A DNA stretch of 21,321 nucleotides. It comes from Ginkgo biloba. Its lineage: Eukaryota; Plantae; Ginkgophyta. The stretch spans positions 142,905,795 to 142,927,115 of the forward strand of contig JANKJI020000004.1 in the NCBI GenBank assembly GCA_024626585.2. The letters run 5' to 3'. A program made the position numbers and the translations under genes. The notes beneath the pieces are model-generated. The model was not told where the DNA came from and did not search any database. It saw nothing but the letters and a program-made list of their open reading frames with translations. Shown piece by piece: positions 1-10,084 of the stretch (within the stretch, counting starts at the first letter, position 1; each line of letters opens with the position of its first letter).

Positions 1-599
1 GTCGTGCTTTATTTGTGAATTATTATTGCAGTTTCATTACATCATGGTGACTCCCTTCTCTCTTTTAACATAAGTTTTAAATACAAATAAGAAAATAAAT
101 TAAAAATAGGTCAATAAGTAGTGATATGTCCATTGAAATAAATCGCTCAAAGTTTCCTGAATCTTTTTTGTTTTTGTTTTTTTGGAAAAGGAACATTAAA
201 AAATAAAAACCCACACACCCCGAGAGCTTGACTGAACAAAATCAGATGCCATAGAATGTGGAGCATGTATGCTTAGGAGTAGTTCGACCATCGGACGAGT
301 GCGGCATAACACAATCAAGATGTTTCATTGCTTACCTCTGTAATCATCATCGATGTTTCTTAGGCTTCACTGGCAAATATGGAATTGGCGTCACAATACC
401 CATATTCTTCTTATTTTCTCTTCGAGGTGCCTTCTATGTCTTAAACACAATCCCAAAATATGAGATGAATAAATAAATATAAATAAATAAACAAGGCTGA
501 ACTACATTACATAATTGTCAAGGCATGAAATATCTTTAGTATCTTTGAAAAGCAACGAGAGGGTGGAGGATAGAGAAGGCCCTCTCCAATGACCTCATT

Positions 600-1060
600 T
601 TTAGGGGGCGGTCACATAGGACTGAGTTTCTTATTTTCGGTCAGCCAGTTGCGGTCAACTGTGTGATGCGGAGAATTCCGTCACGTGACTGGCGTCAACT
701 GTCGGTGCTGGATTTCTTTGTTGAGACTGGGAGAAACAAGGTATCGTGAACGGACAATGGTTCACGTCAATAGACGAAATAAGATCAGACTCCTCCACAC
801 GATGCTGTCATTCGATGAGTTATGAAACACTTACCATCAATAGAGGAAACAAATCTTCGTTGCCTGACAAGTTACGTGAACATACGCCGTCCATAGACGA
901 CAAATGTTTCCAACAACAGAAAGGTCATATGGACAAACATTATTTACAACAGTAGACGGAAGAAGTTTTTCTTTTTTAATGTAAGGAAGCTTGCGTGAAC
1001 AGAAACCATTTCCTGTGAATAGACGGAAGAACATCTAGACACAAAGAGACGAGAGTCGAG
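600..1060. promoter_or_regulatory. CpG-retaining, motif-dense putative regulatory region
   Basis: GGGGCGG near 604, inverted repeat CAGTTG-cggt-CAACTG near 646-661, palindrome GTCACGTGAC (G-box) near 680-689, several GTCAA (W-box core), and repeated CGTGAAC / TAGACG motifs. CpG is visibly more frequent than in the flanking TE relics. Confidence 0.4.
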
Positions 1061-1249
1061 GTCTGGAAACTCCTGGTTATGGCGCAAATCCTTGTAGAGC
1101 ACATCTCCATGAACTGATTTTTTGCACCCAAGCTTGAATTTCACCCACCAGAGGGACCAGAGGACCCAATATATCACTTCCATCTGCCCTCCATGTGATT
1201 CCCAGGCCCTTTTTCCGGTCAAAAAACCAATGGAGTTGACACCTAAATC

Positions 1250-2168
1250 TCCCCAATTCCCTTTGGAATATCTCTTATCCTTATTTTTTATATAATATAT
1301 TTTTTTACCAAAATATATTAGGAAGTAAGTGACCCTTGTAATTCCTTGGTTCTACCAGTGAATCTAGCTACAATCTCCAATTGGAGGGGTGACTAGAAAA
1401 AATAAATTACAAATTCTGATAGTGTAAGTTATGAGATCAAGATGGGAGACATTCAAACTAAAAATAAAGCCTCTAATAGGGAGATTATGTTCTCCCTAGG
1501 AAACATTAAAAGTAATGAGAGAGTGATTAGAGAGTGTAATATGCCCCAGAACCTTCATAGGTCACCCTTCTTCACATTAAATTCTAAAGTTATTATCATT
1601 GGAAATCATGACCCTATCAAGGCATTTGAGGATACTTTCATTTTTGGGCCTAGAATTAGACTAGGTGAACTAGGAACCAATAACCTGGGTGACCTATGGA
1701 TGATTGGGATCATACAACCCCCATTTAGCCTTTAGCACAATCCAAGCCTAATTTTTCAGAGATGTTCCATCATAATCCATTCCTTTTGACATGATCATCT
1801 TGGTCTTCTATCATATTGAAGTCCCCACAAAGGACCCATGAAGCAATAGGGAGATCATCTATTAGCCATTACCATAGTTTGATCCTTTTAGCATATGAAT
1901 TAGAAGCATAGATGTTTGCATTGCCCAAAGTGTGACCTCCAATATTACAAAGAATCCATAGGGATCTATTGGTCGAGTTACAACCTCAATCAACAATATT
2001 TTTCTTAAGATATAGGGAAAGGATGGTGTCAACCCTACCTTTTCCTTCTTGATAAATGGACGAGAAACTAATTCCTTCATGCTAGATAGTATTGAGGGTG
2101 ATGCAAAGTTTGAACCCCACCATCTTAACCTCTTAAAGACAAAGGGATGAGATATCTCTATTCTCAAA
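1250..2168 (-). mobile_element. Degenerate LINE (L1 clade) ORF2 AP-endonuclease region
   Basis: Manual minus-strand translation gives, in the expected order, ANIYASNSYAKRIKLW, WVLCGDFNMIED (GDFN near 1815-1826), FT*SNSR...LKCLDRVMIS and LSNHSLI (SDH-like), with stops and frameshifts. The left boundary is approximate. Confidence 0.85.
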
Positions 2169-2303
2169 NNNNNNNNNNNNNNNNNNNNNNNNNNNNNNNN
2201 NNNNNNNNNNNNNNNNNNNNNNNNNNNNNNNNNNNNNNNNNNNNNNNNNNNNNNNNNNNNNNNNNNNNAGTCTCCGTGGTGGAAGCCGAAATCCACCGGA
2301 ACA

Positions 2304-3492
2304 ATGACAGAGGCCCTGCTGACATCGCTCTCTATGGAGCATCATCGTCCCTCGACTTTGCTTTCAATGGATTCAAGCTCCCATGAGGACTGTGAGCGCG
2401 AACGCGAGCGGGAGCCGGCTAGGCAGGCGGTTCTATCAAGGCCCCCGGACATAAATCTGCCTCTATCTGCCGCCGAGATAAGTCCTCCTCCCTCCTGGAC
2501 GAATGATCCCTGCGACATTCTGGACGTGGGTCTGGGTCCCCAGATCCATGAAACCGAGGGCTTATTGAATCTTTCCAAGGTGGGTCGCAAGTGTGCTAGA
2601 CGGGGCGAGAGCATTTGGGGGGCTTGGTTCTTCTTCAATTATTATTTTAAGCCGGCTTTGACAGAGAAATCCAAGTGTAAGCTTGCCAGAGAGGGTTCCA
2701 GCGCCTGTGTTTTTGACAAATCGGACCTGCGTCTGGACCTGTTCCTTGTACAGCATGATATGGAAAACATGTACATGTGGGTTTTCAAGGAGAGGCCAGA
2801 AAATGCATTGGGTAAGATGCAGCTGAGGAGCTACATGAATGGCCATTCCCGTCTAGGTGAGCCCCAATTCCCTTTTAGCGTCGATAAAGGTTTTGTTAGG
2901 TCTCATAGAATGCAAAGAAAGCACTACCGAGGCCTGTCGAATCCTCAATGCGTTCATGGTATTGAGGTTGTCAGGGCTCCTAATTTGTCCCATATGACCG
3001 AGGGGGATCTCAAGAAATGGATGGAGTTGACAGGTAGGGATTTGAATTTTTCCATACCGTTGGACGCTGAGGCCTTCACTGCTTGGAGGAATTTGCCCAG
3101 CACTGATTTTGAGCTGGAAAGACCCCCGTTGAAGACTAATGGCACTAGTTCTTCTAAGAGGTTGCTTAATGGGTCTGGGTTGAATTTGTCCACTCAGCCC
3201 TCTGGTCACGTGGGGGGTGGTGATGGAATTGAACTTTCGCCCGTTTGTGGCAATAAGAGGAGAAAGGATTATTCTCCTCCGAGCAATGATGAGGAGTCCT
3301 GTTTGCCCATGAGTTCTATTTCTGATAGAATTCAGGATATGGAGATTCAGCAGATTGAGCCATCGTGGGCTAATGATTTCTCGGGGGTCATGAGGCAGGC
3401 CTGTGGCCCTGTTACTGCCGCCAAGACAATTTATGAGGACGAGAAGGGGTATCTGATAATGGTGAGTTTGCCTTTTATTGATATTCAGAGGG
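2304..3492 (+). CDS. SLT1: SLT1/FYD-family HSP20-like chaperone superfamily protein (homolog of Arabidopsis SLT1/At2g37570, FYD/At3g12570, At5g02480); 3'-partial, runs into an N gap
   Basis: Uninterrupted frame of about 396 codons from the ATG at 2304. It carries family motifs I recognise: LLTSLSMEHHRPSTLLSMDSS, PPDINLPLS, DILDVGLG, SIWGAWFFF, DKSDLRLDLFLVQHDMENMYMWVFKERPENALGKMQLRSYMNGHSR, RMQRKHYRGLSNPQCVHGIE, and GPVTAAKTIYEDEKGYLIMVSLPF near the start of the HSP20-like domain. About 100 C-terminal residues are expected inside the gap, so the ORF-track end at 4313 is an artefact. The symbol denotes the family, not proven orthology. Confidence 0.93.
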
Positions 3493-4279
3493 NNNNNNNN
3501 NNNNNNNNNNNNNNNNNNNNNNNNNNNNNNNNNNNNNNNNNNNNNNNNNNNNNNNNNNNNNNNNNNNNNNNNNNNNNNNNNNNNNNNNNNNNNNNNNNNN
3601 NNNNNNNNNNNNNNNNNNNNNNNNNNNNNNNNNNNNNNNNNNNNNNNNNNNNNNNNNNNNNNNNNNNNNNNNNNNNNNNNNNNNNNNNNNNNNNNNNNNN
3701 NNNNNNNNNNNNNNNNNNNNNNNNNNNNNNNNNNNNNNNNNNNNNNNNNNNNNNNNNNNNNNNNNNNNNNNNNNNNNNNNNNNNNNNNNNNNNNNNNNNN
3801 NNNNNNNNNNNNNNNNNNNNNNNNNNNNNNNNNNNNNNNNNNNNNNNNNNNNNNNNNNNNNNNNNNNNNNNNNNNNNNNNNNNNNNNNNNNNNNNNNNNN
3901 NNNNNNNNNNNNNNNNNNNNNNNNNNNNNNNNNNNNNNNNNNNNNNNNNNNNNNNNNNNNNNNNNNNNNNNNNNNNNNNNNNNNNNNNNNNNNNNNNNNN
4001 NNNNNNNNNNNNNNNNNNNNNNNNNNNNNNNNNNNNNNNNNNNNNNNNNNNNNNNNNNNNNNNNNNNNNNNNNNNNNNNNNNNNNNNNNNNNNNNNNNNN
4101 NNNNNNNNNNNNNNNNNNNNNNNNNNNNNNNNNNNNNNNNNNNNNNNNNNNNNNNNNNNNNNNNNNNNNNNNNNNNNNNNNNNNNNNNNNNNNNNNNNNN
4201 NNNNNNNNNNNNNNNNNNNNNNNNNNNNNNNNNNNNNNNNNNNNNNNNNNNNNNNNNNNNNNNNNNNNNNNNNNNNNNN
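3493..4279. other. 787-N assembly gap expected to hide the 3' end of the SLT1-like CDS
   Basis: The N run starts inside the conserved reading frame. Confidence 0.95.
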
Positions 4280-4559
4280 AGAAACTGTTATAATAGCTTT
4301 GTTGGTGAGATGAACTACATTTTTGAGAGGAAGGGTTAGATGGATTCTATACGGTAGGAAGAGGTGTTATAGATTATACCGCATTTCGGAAGGGAATGTA
4401 AGGATAAAGTTAGGGCCAGGCACTACGGCTCAGGGCATTGATGAAATTGGAGTGAGCATTGGGTTTCTTTTAAACGTGTATGTCAAATAAGGGGAATTTT
4501 TACTTGCCTTTATGCATAGTTGTGCATTCGCACTATTACCGAGAGGAATTAGGTTCAGG

Positions 4560-4921
4560 GTGAGTACTTAAGATGAGAACTTATCCATGTCCTGTTTTTA
4601 TTTTGAGCTTCATGCCTCGGACAGTGTTCATTGATTTCTTTTTGATAAGAAGGGTCGTGCGTCTAAGAAATTATTGTCTAAGAAATTATGGGTTGCAGGT
4701 GTTGGTAGAGGCGTTATTGTAGAGAAATGTTGGAATTTGCTGCAAGGTATACACATCCATGATAAGGGCTGATATATGTTGCAGAAACCAAGAGATGTAA
4801 TTTTGAGGTTATCAATTATTTCAAAGTATGCCATATTTCCCCTTCCACAGATTTATGGTATACTCATTGCATATGTTTTCTTCCTTTTAGACCATCAGCG
4901 TTTCTTGAATCTTTTGTGCAG
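4560..4921 (+). other. Putative 3'-UTR intron of the SLT1-like gene (alternative acceptors at 4890 or 4921)
   Basis: Donor GG|GTGAGT at 4560. The interior is T-rich, with a branch-like CTCAT near 4863. Acceptor candidates are TTTTCTTCCTTTTAG ending at 4890 and TCTTTTGTGCAG|G ending at 4921. It lies downstream of the expected stop codon. Confidence 0.45.
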
Positions 4922-6039
4922 GGAATAGTCAGAGTATGCAGTTATTTCCCTGTTCCACTGTTTTGTTAATAGTTGTCATTGCCCATGTCTTGATGCCTGT
5001 TAGATGGCATTGCTCAAATGGTTCACTTTCTCGTGGGGTGAGAAGCTTTCATGGGATGTTTATTTTGATTGCAAATCATGCCATTGCCCCTTTTCCATAC
5101 ATTTGGTATTTGTCTGTCATCTACGTGCACAGTTTCACAGTGCCTCTTTGATCAAAGTAAATGGTTTTATGAACTATTGAGTGAAGACCATTTTAGTTGT
5201 AGATGAACTTAATAATTTTACACTCCTTTTGGATATGACTGTTCATGATTTCACGGGATAACAGCCTTTAGAATTTGGGTACACAATCTGAGAAAAATTC
5301 AGGTCATATGACGAAGTGAACAACATTACTATGCAGAGCGAAGACTTGTTTTTATGCCTGTACAGATATAGTGTCTTTGCATATTGTAGGATTCTTTTCT
5401 ATAAATTGGGATGTTTTGTGATCTTGATTAAAATATTTTCACTTGTGTAAATTTTTTAAGAAAAATATTTTAGGGTTCATGTTATAATGCTAAAAATTTG
5501 ATTTGAACCCTATCTCCCTAAACACTAAGTCTTGGTAACATGATTTAAGAGATAAATGATTTTTTATTAAGTTTGAGAGATTGTATGATGTAAAAATTTG
5601 GTCATATGGATTAAATTTAAACCCCACCTTGAATAATAAATGTAATATTAATTTATGGGGGGTGTTGGAGATAAATTAATATTATTATGATATTAAATTT
5701 ATGTGAATATGACACAAAAGGTCACCTGATTCAAATGTGAAGAGTCACCAATGTAAGTGTTTAAACAAATATCTAAAGTTGATTTTTTATAAAGAGTTGT
5801 TCCAAGTTAGAGCAAGTTCTAAGTGCTAGTTTGGAGTTGCAAGCTAGCACCTCACTTTAATGAAAGTAGTTGTTTATGTTATGTGACTCAATTTTAGTGT
5901 GTATTGCGCAGATCTGTGCATTTGAATGTTTAATGTGTTTAGCCTATTAAATTTTTAAAAATTAACACATAAATAAAGAATTGAAGCCAATTATTAGTCA
6001 TAACTAGAGTGCATAGAACCAAAATGACCTAAACCTAAT

Positions 6040-6361
6040 GTAGAAGACCTATTTTCTAGATTGCTGAAGAAAAATAGATGGGGAGCAAGAGTGGAGGTTT
6101 TAAATTTTAGAGGAAGCTTGAATCCTAAAGATTTTCTAGATTAAGTCAAAGCAATGGAAAATACTTCAACTGGGAGGAAATAGAAGATCCTAAGAGAGTA
6201 AAATTTGCATGCACCTGACTGAAGACACATGATGCCATATGATGGGAGAATTTGTAGAAGGAGATAATTTAGAAGGAAAGGAGACTATTTAGATATGGTT
6301 AAATATGGTCAATAATCTCCAAGAATTTTTTTTTAATGTAGATTATTATTAGAGATTATTT
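6040..6361 (+). mobile_element. Degenerate Ty3/gypsy gag fragment
   Basis: Translation ARVEVLNFRGSLNPKDFLD*VKAME/YFNWEEIEDPKRVKFACT*LKTHDAI*WENL matches the plant gypsy gag pattern (F.G..NP..FLDW...E.YF......KVK.A...L...A..WW). Truncated by a 100-N gap. Confidence 0.8.
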
Positions 6362-6761
6362 NNNNNNNNNNNNNNNNNNNNNNNNNNNNNNNNNNNNNNN
6401 NNNNNNNNNNNNNNNNNNNNNNNNNNNNNNNNNNNNNNNNNNNNNNNNNNNNNNNNNNNNNATGCAATTCTAGTTAGTCAAAACAATTAGAATTTTGTCC
6501 CCATATCTTATGAAGAATGAACAACAGAAAGCCATATATAACGATTTTTATAGCAGTAGAATGATAGCCAAAATGCAAATAAAGACTTAGAATGCAAAAA
6601 CTCTCAAAGCCAAGTACAAGGGTCAATAATCACTGATGCTTGGGGTTCTTTGAAGCCCTCCCAAACCCTTCTTAAATATTGAAAGAGAGCATATGATCAC
6701 CACCTAAAAGGCAAGCTCACTCCTAGGGTTGCCCCAAACCTTAGGAAACCTTGTGGTAGAA

Positions 6762-7062
6762 TGTAGTGGCAAGTTAACCACTAATAGTTGGTGCCTTGGA
6801 TTGATATGACCATTTAGTTCTTCCTTTGTTAACTTTCTCTCTCCTACTGGTGGGACCATTAGGGTGTGCTAACATCTCCAATACCACAATACTTGCTTCA
6901 TGAATGAGCCTCCTCTTTGAGATGTCTTTAATTGTTAAGAGATATTTTCTCTGTAGAGGATCTTTTAAGGACTCTGAGGGCCCACGTCTCATGGTTGACT
7001 TGGGATATGTCTTATTAGGCCTCTTCTATGTGGTTGACTTGGTGATTGTCTGTGCTATAACA
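6762..7062 (-). repeat. 3' LTR of the chromovirus (start firm, far end tentative)
   Basis: Begins TGTTATAGC right after the PPT. A candidate end ...CCACTACA at 6762 gives TGT...ACA termini (~300 bp). There is no second LTR in the window to confirm it, and the LTR could extend further toward 6462. Confidence 0.55.
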
Positions 7063-7076
7063 TCTATCCCCGCCTT
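7063..7076 (-). other. Polypurine tract of the chromovirus
   Basis: Minus-strand AAGGCGGGGATAGA lies just after the pol stop and directly before TGTTAT. Confidence 0.7.
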
Positions 7077-7083
7077 GCAAAGA

Positions 7084-8985
7084 TCATTGTCTCCAATAAG
7101 GGCCCACTTCTCTTACAAAGTCTGTAAATTCCCAAGTGGCCTCATCCCATGGTTTATTTGACGATTCTATTAGATACTCCATGATATCTTTGTTTCTTAA
7201 TCTCCTTGTTCTTTCATCCAATTTTCCAATTGGATCATGAATCTCTTGTTCCACCTCTTACACACCCACATATGTCGGTAGCATGTTATCAAACCAAGAT
7301 AATGCTTTCTTCAAGTAGCTCATGGGAAACACTAGATGTCACTTGACATGATTTGGAAGCTTCAATCTATATGCCACTTCATTGATCTTTTCTAATACTT
7401 GAAATGGCCACAATATTGAGGTGATAATTTTGTACACCTCCCTATTGATATGGAGCTATTTGGTTTGACATGGAGATATACCATATCCCTGACAAGTTTC
7501 CTTGGCTATCTATGTTGATCCGCATAAAGCTTGACACGTGCTTGTGCTCTTTCAATATTCCTGTGGCACTCTCAATTTCTCTTCCATTTGTGCTAACATC
7601 TCTAGGAAAATTTGGTTTATCCCCCTTAAAATTCTTTAAGTACAATTTTAGAGAAATCAATGGTTCATAGCCAAATATTATTTTAAACATAGTCATACCT
7701 GTAGTTTAGTGCTTGCTATTATTGTAAGCAAACTCCACAAAAGGAAGCCTTTCTTACCAACATGTTTGCTTGGATGCCATATGTGATCTCAACATATCTT
7801 CGATTACTTGATTGACCCTCTCTGTTTGTCCATCCATTTGAGGATTATCCCCACTACTGAAATTCAACTTTGTTCCCAATGCATTAAATACTTTAGTCCA
7901 CACTTTACTACTATCACTAACAATGTTTTTAGGAAAACCAAACTTTGCAAAAACCTCAAAAATTAGAATTTTGGCAATGTCTTTACTTTTATGATTCATC
8001 TTGTATGGAATGAACCTTTCCATCTTGGTAAGTCAATCTACCATCACCAAAATTTAATCATTGCACCACTATGATTTTGGTAAGGAGGTTATAAAATTAT
8101 TGAAATACGTTTCCTCTTACCCTCTGGAATGGGTAAAGGAACTAATAGTCCTCTCGGTGGATATCTGTCAACTTTGTTAACTTGACATTATTCATAGGTT
8201 TGCACATAGTTTGTAATTTCCTTTCTCATATTTATCCAATATACGCAGTTTCTTGTAGTTGCATAAGTCTTCTCTCTTCCAATATGACTTGCAAAAGGAT
8301 TGTCATGTAGTTCATAAAGAATCTTATACTTCAGTTCTGCAATATTAGGGATGACCACTCTATCCCCATACCGCAACAATGCATCATGATAAGACATATT
8401 CTATATGTGCTCCCCATTGAGAAGAGCTTGTCTTATCTCTTGGAACCATTCATCCTTCTCTTGTGAATCTCGAATTTCTTGTTTGAAGGATCCTTGCACT
8501 AGTGAAATATTTTTTACTTGCGACAACCTTGATAATGCATCCGCTACCACATTTTCTTTCCCTTCTTTGTAAGTCATTTTGGGCTTAAATTTCTCGAATA
8601 TCATTGCCTATCTGTATTGTCTTGATCCCAATTTTGTTATTGGTAGAAAATATAATAATGCCTGAGATCTGTAACCACCTCAAAATCATTGTTTTCAAAT
8701 AATGTTTCCATATTTTAACTGCATGGATCACTGCCAAAAGCTCTTGATCAAAGATGGGATATTTCTGCTCTATGTTGTTCATCTTTCGGTTATCATATGC
8801 TATCACTTTCCCATCTTGAGTGAGTATTGCTCCAATGGCAACCCCACTAGCATCTGTGTAAATTGTAAAGGGTCTTGCCATATCCGGTAATGTTAACATT
8901 GGTGCCTCTATAAGTTTTTGTTTGAACAAGTCAAAACTTGCTTGGCATTTGTCCGTCCATCTAAATCTCTTAGACTTTGTTAATT
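7084..8985 (-). mobile_element. Ty3/gypsy chromovirus pol relic: RT C-terminus, RNase H, integrase (zinc finger, core, GPY/F), chromodomain
   Basis: Motifs in order: FRWTDKCQASFDLFKQKLIEAPMLTLPD; TDASGVAIGAILTQ...DQELLAVIHAVKIWKHYL; YKEGKENVVADALSR; HDNPFASHIGREKTY; IVSD...PQMDGQTERVNQ; KLSPQYCGPFQVLEKINEVAYRLKLP; RTRRLRNKDIMEYLI...PWDEATWE (chromodomain). The order RT-RH-INT-CHD is gypsy. Many stops and frameshifts. Confidence 0.95.
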
Positions 8986-9708
8986 CTTCTAATTTTCTGT
9001 AAATGTTTTTAACTCTGCTACATTAGGGAACTGAGAAGTGTTTTCAAATTTCTGTGATGTGTTTATAAGCTTGGCTGTACAGTATGAAGTGTGTTTTTGC
9101 GACATTTTTGTTGAATTTGTGATTCGTATCATTTCTTTTGAGCTTAGCATGAATTAAGATGGATGGCATTTTTTAAATGATATTACAGGTACTTTTGTTC
9201 TTGATAACTCATCTTTGTATATATGTGGTACTTTACAAGTGCACCCAGCTCTAGTCAATGGTAATTTTCGCCTGTGAGGAAAATCTGATCTTACTGTAAT
9301 AACAGAACCAAGGGCATATGTGGGCGTGGAAGGCAAAGTTGTTTTTGAAAAGAAAGTGTCTCTGGCAAATGAGGTTTTTGGAGTTTTCTACACCTGCATT
9401 TTAGCAAGAACATGTCAAAGATTGCAATCTGATCCATTTCGGATCTCAGAAGTCAAGATTTATGTCCTTTTATTCATGAAGTCCCAACTTGCGGTAGAAA
9501 TGTTTATGGCCATTCACAACCTCACTTCAGCATAGTAGGGGGAGTAAACATATTGTGAAATTTGTCCATTATAGGAGAAGTAAAGCCTTTTTAGTAGATG
9601 AGAATGGNNNNNNNNNNNNNNNNNNNNNNNNNNNNNNNNNNNNNNNNNNNNNNNNNNNNNNNNNNNNNNNNNNNNNNNNNNNNNNNNNNNNNNNNNNNNN
9701 NNNNNNNA

Positions 9709-10047
9709 TGACAGGTGGCACAATCTTGGGCCGTCATACCTCACACCCCTTAACCACAACTTCATAAGTTTTAAACCATCGTGGGGGAAAAGGTTTTCGC
9801 AGATCTCTTGCACGTGGCACCATCACGTGAAGTCGAGCCCCAAAACCTTGTTAAACTTTTTTCCAAGTCTTTAAGCCATCGTGAGGCCTTGGTAATATGA
9901 CACATGGTGCAATCTCGGTCATTCTGAGTGACACATGGCATGATCTTGTGAGCCCCTAACTTGCAACACCTTTTTAACCATTTGCCTTTTCCCTGGATTA
10001 TGCATGAGCCTATGAGTCCCCATATTAGTGACACATGGCGCAATCTT
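9709..10047 (+). repeat. Array of ~19-bp TGACAC(A/G)TGGC(A/G)CAATCT motifs
   Basis: Copies at ~9709, 9809, 9898, 9929 and 10029. A second motif TTTAA(A/G)CCATCGTG occurs at ~9770 and ~9870. Confidence 0.75.
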
Positions 10048-10084
10048 GAATGCCCTGAGGCCTGTGATACTTCACATGGACAAA

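Noticed and set aside
745-1040. CRISPR-like repeat/spacer interpretation
   Set aside because: Repeats are short, split and degenerate, spacing is irregular, there are no cas genes, and the context is plant nuclear DNA.
2342-3209. Antisense ORFs overlapping the SLT1-like CDS
   Set aside because: Expected shadows of a GC-balanced coding strand; no recognisable motifs.
3478-4313. 669-aa and 271-aa ORFs reading through the N gap, and all other X-rich ORFs
   Set aside because: Ns contain no stop codons. The ETVIIALLVR tail does not resemble the family C-terminus, and the true stop is expected inside the gap.
6040-8985. gag (+) and pol (-) as parts of a single element
   Set aside because: They are on opposite strands and separated by a 100-N join and the pol element's own 3' LTR.
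9154-9535. Small ORFs and candidate micro-exons as a host gene
   Set aside because: No recognisable protein similarity in any frame; splice-like signals alone are insufficient.
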